DNA from: a virus
Taxonomy: Duplodnaviria; Caudoviricetes
IMG/VR virus record: IMGVR_UViG_3300010052_000153
Location: 18,928 to 82,927 of that record
Length of the DNA stretch: 64,000 nucleotides
Direction: 5' to 3' (one strand)
Shown: piece by piece, positions 62,985 to 64,000 of the stretch
Numbering within the stretch: position 1 is the stretch's first letter
How the letters are laid out: each line of letters starts with the position of its first letter
Notes under the pieces: model-generated
Told to the model about the DNA's origin: nothing
The model's input: only the letters and a program-made list of their open reading frames with translations
Databases searched by the model: none
Program-made: the position numbers and the translations under genes

Positions 62985-64000
62985 ACGAGGCGGTTTTCGG
63001 CAAAGCGAAAGTCGTCACGTTTAAGCAGGCTGCGGAAGAATACGTCGAAAGCGGTGGCGCGCAGCGCTTTCTATTCGACTGGCGCAAAACGGACGACACC
63101 GAAAAGGGTCTGGTGCCTCATTTTGGCGACCGCCTACTTGCGTCGATCACTCAAGAGGATTTGGACAAAGCTGCGACTGCTCTATACCCGACTTCCACTG
63201 CCGAAACGCGAAATCGGCAGTGCCACACGCCCTTTATCGCAGTATGGAATCACGCCTTTGGAAGCGAGCCGAACATGGCTCGCAAATGGAAACGCCCACG
63301 TAAGCCGAAGGGGACAAACGTGGTGCGCCTTGCCAAGCGCAGGGCGGGTACTTTTCCAGTTGAATATGAACACGCGGCCAAGTTCGTAGCGGCGATGTCG
63401 CCCGGTCCAGCGATGGTGCTGACAACGCTGTTTTTCACTGGCATGCGGCCAATCGAATTGCTCGCGTTAACCGCCGACGAGGTGAATGTTCCGGGGCGGT
63501 GGATTACGTTGAAGCACACGAAGACCGGCGAACCGCGGGGGGTGCCTATGCACGAATTCCTGGCGCCGCTGATCGAGTCACTGCTGAAGCGCAGCAGCCT
63601 AGCCGAAGATGGCCGAATATTCCGGACGCCGCGAGGCGAACCTTACCCGCCCGCCGACGACGGTGGTGGCGGATTGAAGACCGCGATCATCGGCGCACGA
63701 CGTCGTTCGAGCATCACGGATGTTGCGCCCTACACAGCCCGCCATAGTGTGTCGACGCAGTTGGTGGTGAACGGGGTGCATCCACACATCAAGGATCAGA
63801 TCCTCGGTCACGCAGCAGACGACATGTCGCGCCACTATACCAACGTGCCGCAGAAGCCGTTGATCGACGCCATCAACACCTTGGCCGTGCCGTCAGCTTG
63901 GCGGGCGCTGCCTTGGTGGCAGGATCCGCTCGGGTGGTCGGGCAGGTTGGCCGAGGGCACGGGTCGACGGAAGGAACTGGAAAGGAATCGGGCGGGATGA
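62816..64000 (+). CDS. int: Tyrosine integrase
   Basis: TGMRPIEL, KTGEPR, YTARHS, ILGH...MSRHY catalytic residues. Confidence 0.93.
   Translation: MGLKLLKRGRTYYVRGTVSSTGQDGKRKSIRVFKTTGTGDRTLAEAIRIKTEKRILDEAVFGKAKVVTFKQAAEEYVESGGAQRFLFDWRKTDDTEKGLVPHFGDRLLASITQEDLDKAATALYPTSTAETRNRQCHTPFIAVWNHAFGSEPNMARKWKRPRKPKGTNVVRLAKRRAGTFPVEYEHAAKFVAAMSPGPAMVLTTLFFTGMRPIELLALTADEVNVPGRWITLKHTKTGEPRGVPMHEFLAPLIESLLKRSSLAEDGRIFRTPRGEPYPPADDGGGGLKTAIIGARRRSSITDVAPYTARHSVSTQLVVNGVHPHIKDQILGHAADDMSRHYTNVPQKPLIDAINTLAVPSAWRALPWWQDPLGWSGRLAEGTGRRKELERNRAG

Larger units (their letters stand above)
1..64000. mobile_element. Temperate myovirus-type prophage (lambda-like head, P2-like contractile tail); continues beyond both window edges
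   Basis: Continuous phage gene order tail-baseplate-head-terminase-replication-repressor-early genes-xis-int; no host housekeeping operon in the window. Confidence 0.95.

Noticed and set aside
63900-64000. attL/attR site
   Set aside because: The window ends at the integrase stop codon; no att repeat can be identified.

Overview
The whole window is one temperate phage (prophage) of a high-GC alphaproteobacterium, probably Rhizobiales. This is inferred from an alpha-type LexA box and an alpha-type SsrA-like motif. It runs from a truncated tail sheath gene at base 1 to the integrase at base 64000. Left part (minus strand): P2-like contractile tail and baseplate, lambda-like head and packaging genes with a candidate cos site, and three tRNA or tRNA-like genes. 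Middle: a late regulator, an iteron-like repeat cluster, an ~8 kb cargo block (1233-aa S-layer/RTX-like protein, XRE regulator, LexA-boxed SRAP cassette), then primase-helicase, hicAB, several DNA methyltransferases, an intein-containing helicase, sliding clamp and recombination genes. Right part (plus strand): CI-like repressor and an early operon with a TAXI solute-binding protein, PNKP plus RNA ligase, HNH genes, methylases, excisionase and integrase. The main discovery lies at 47.5-50.0 kb. Fourteen stem-flanked units of the form CCA-N9-CG-(C)AAC-CCA-N9-CG sit in three blocks around a nuclease-less IS110/Nop-like gene and an unknown gene. This resembles a TIGR-Tas (TasA-like) RNA-guided system, and one block lies in-frame inside the protein's own coding sequence. 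A second pattern spans the genome: about 20 ANDN peptide motifs, several followed by a C-terminal AA, mimic the alphaproteobacterial tmRNA degradation tag. All family assignments come from motif recognition by eye, not database searches.
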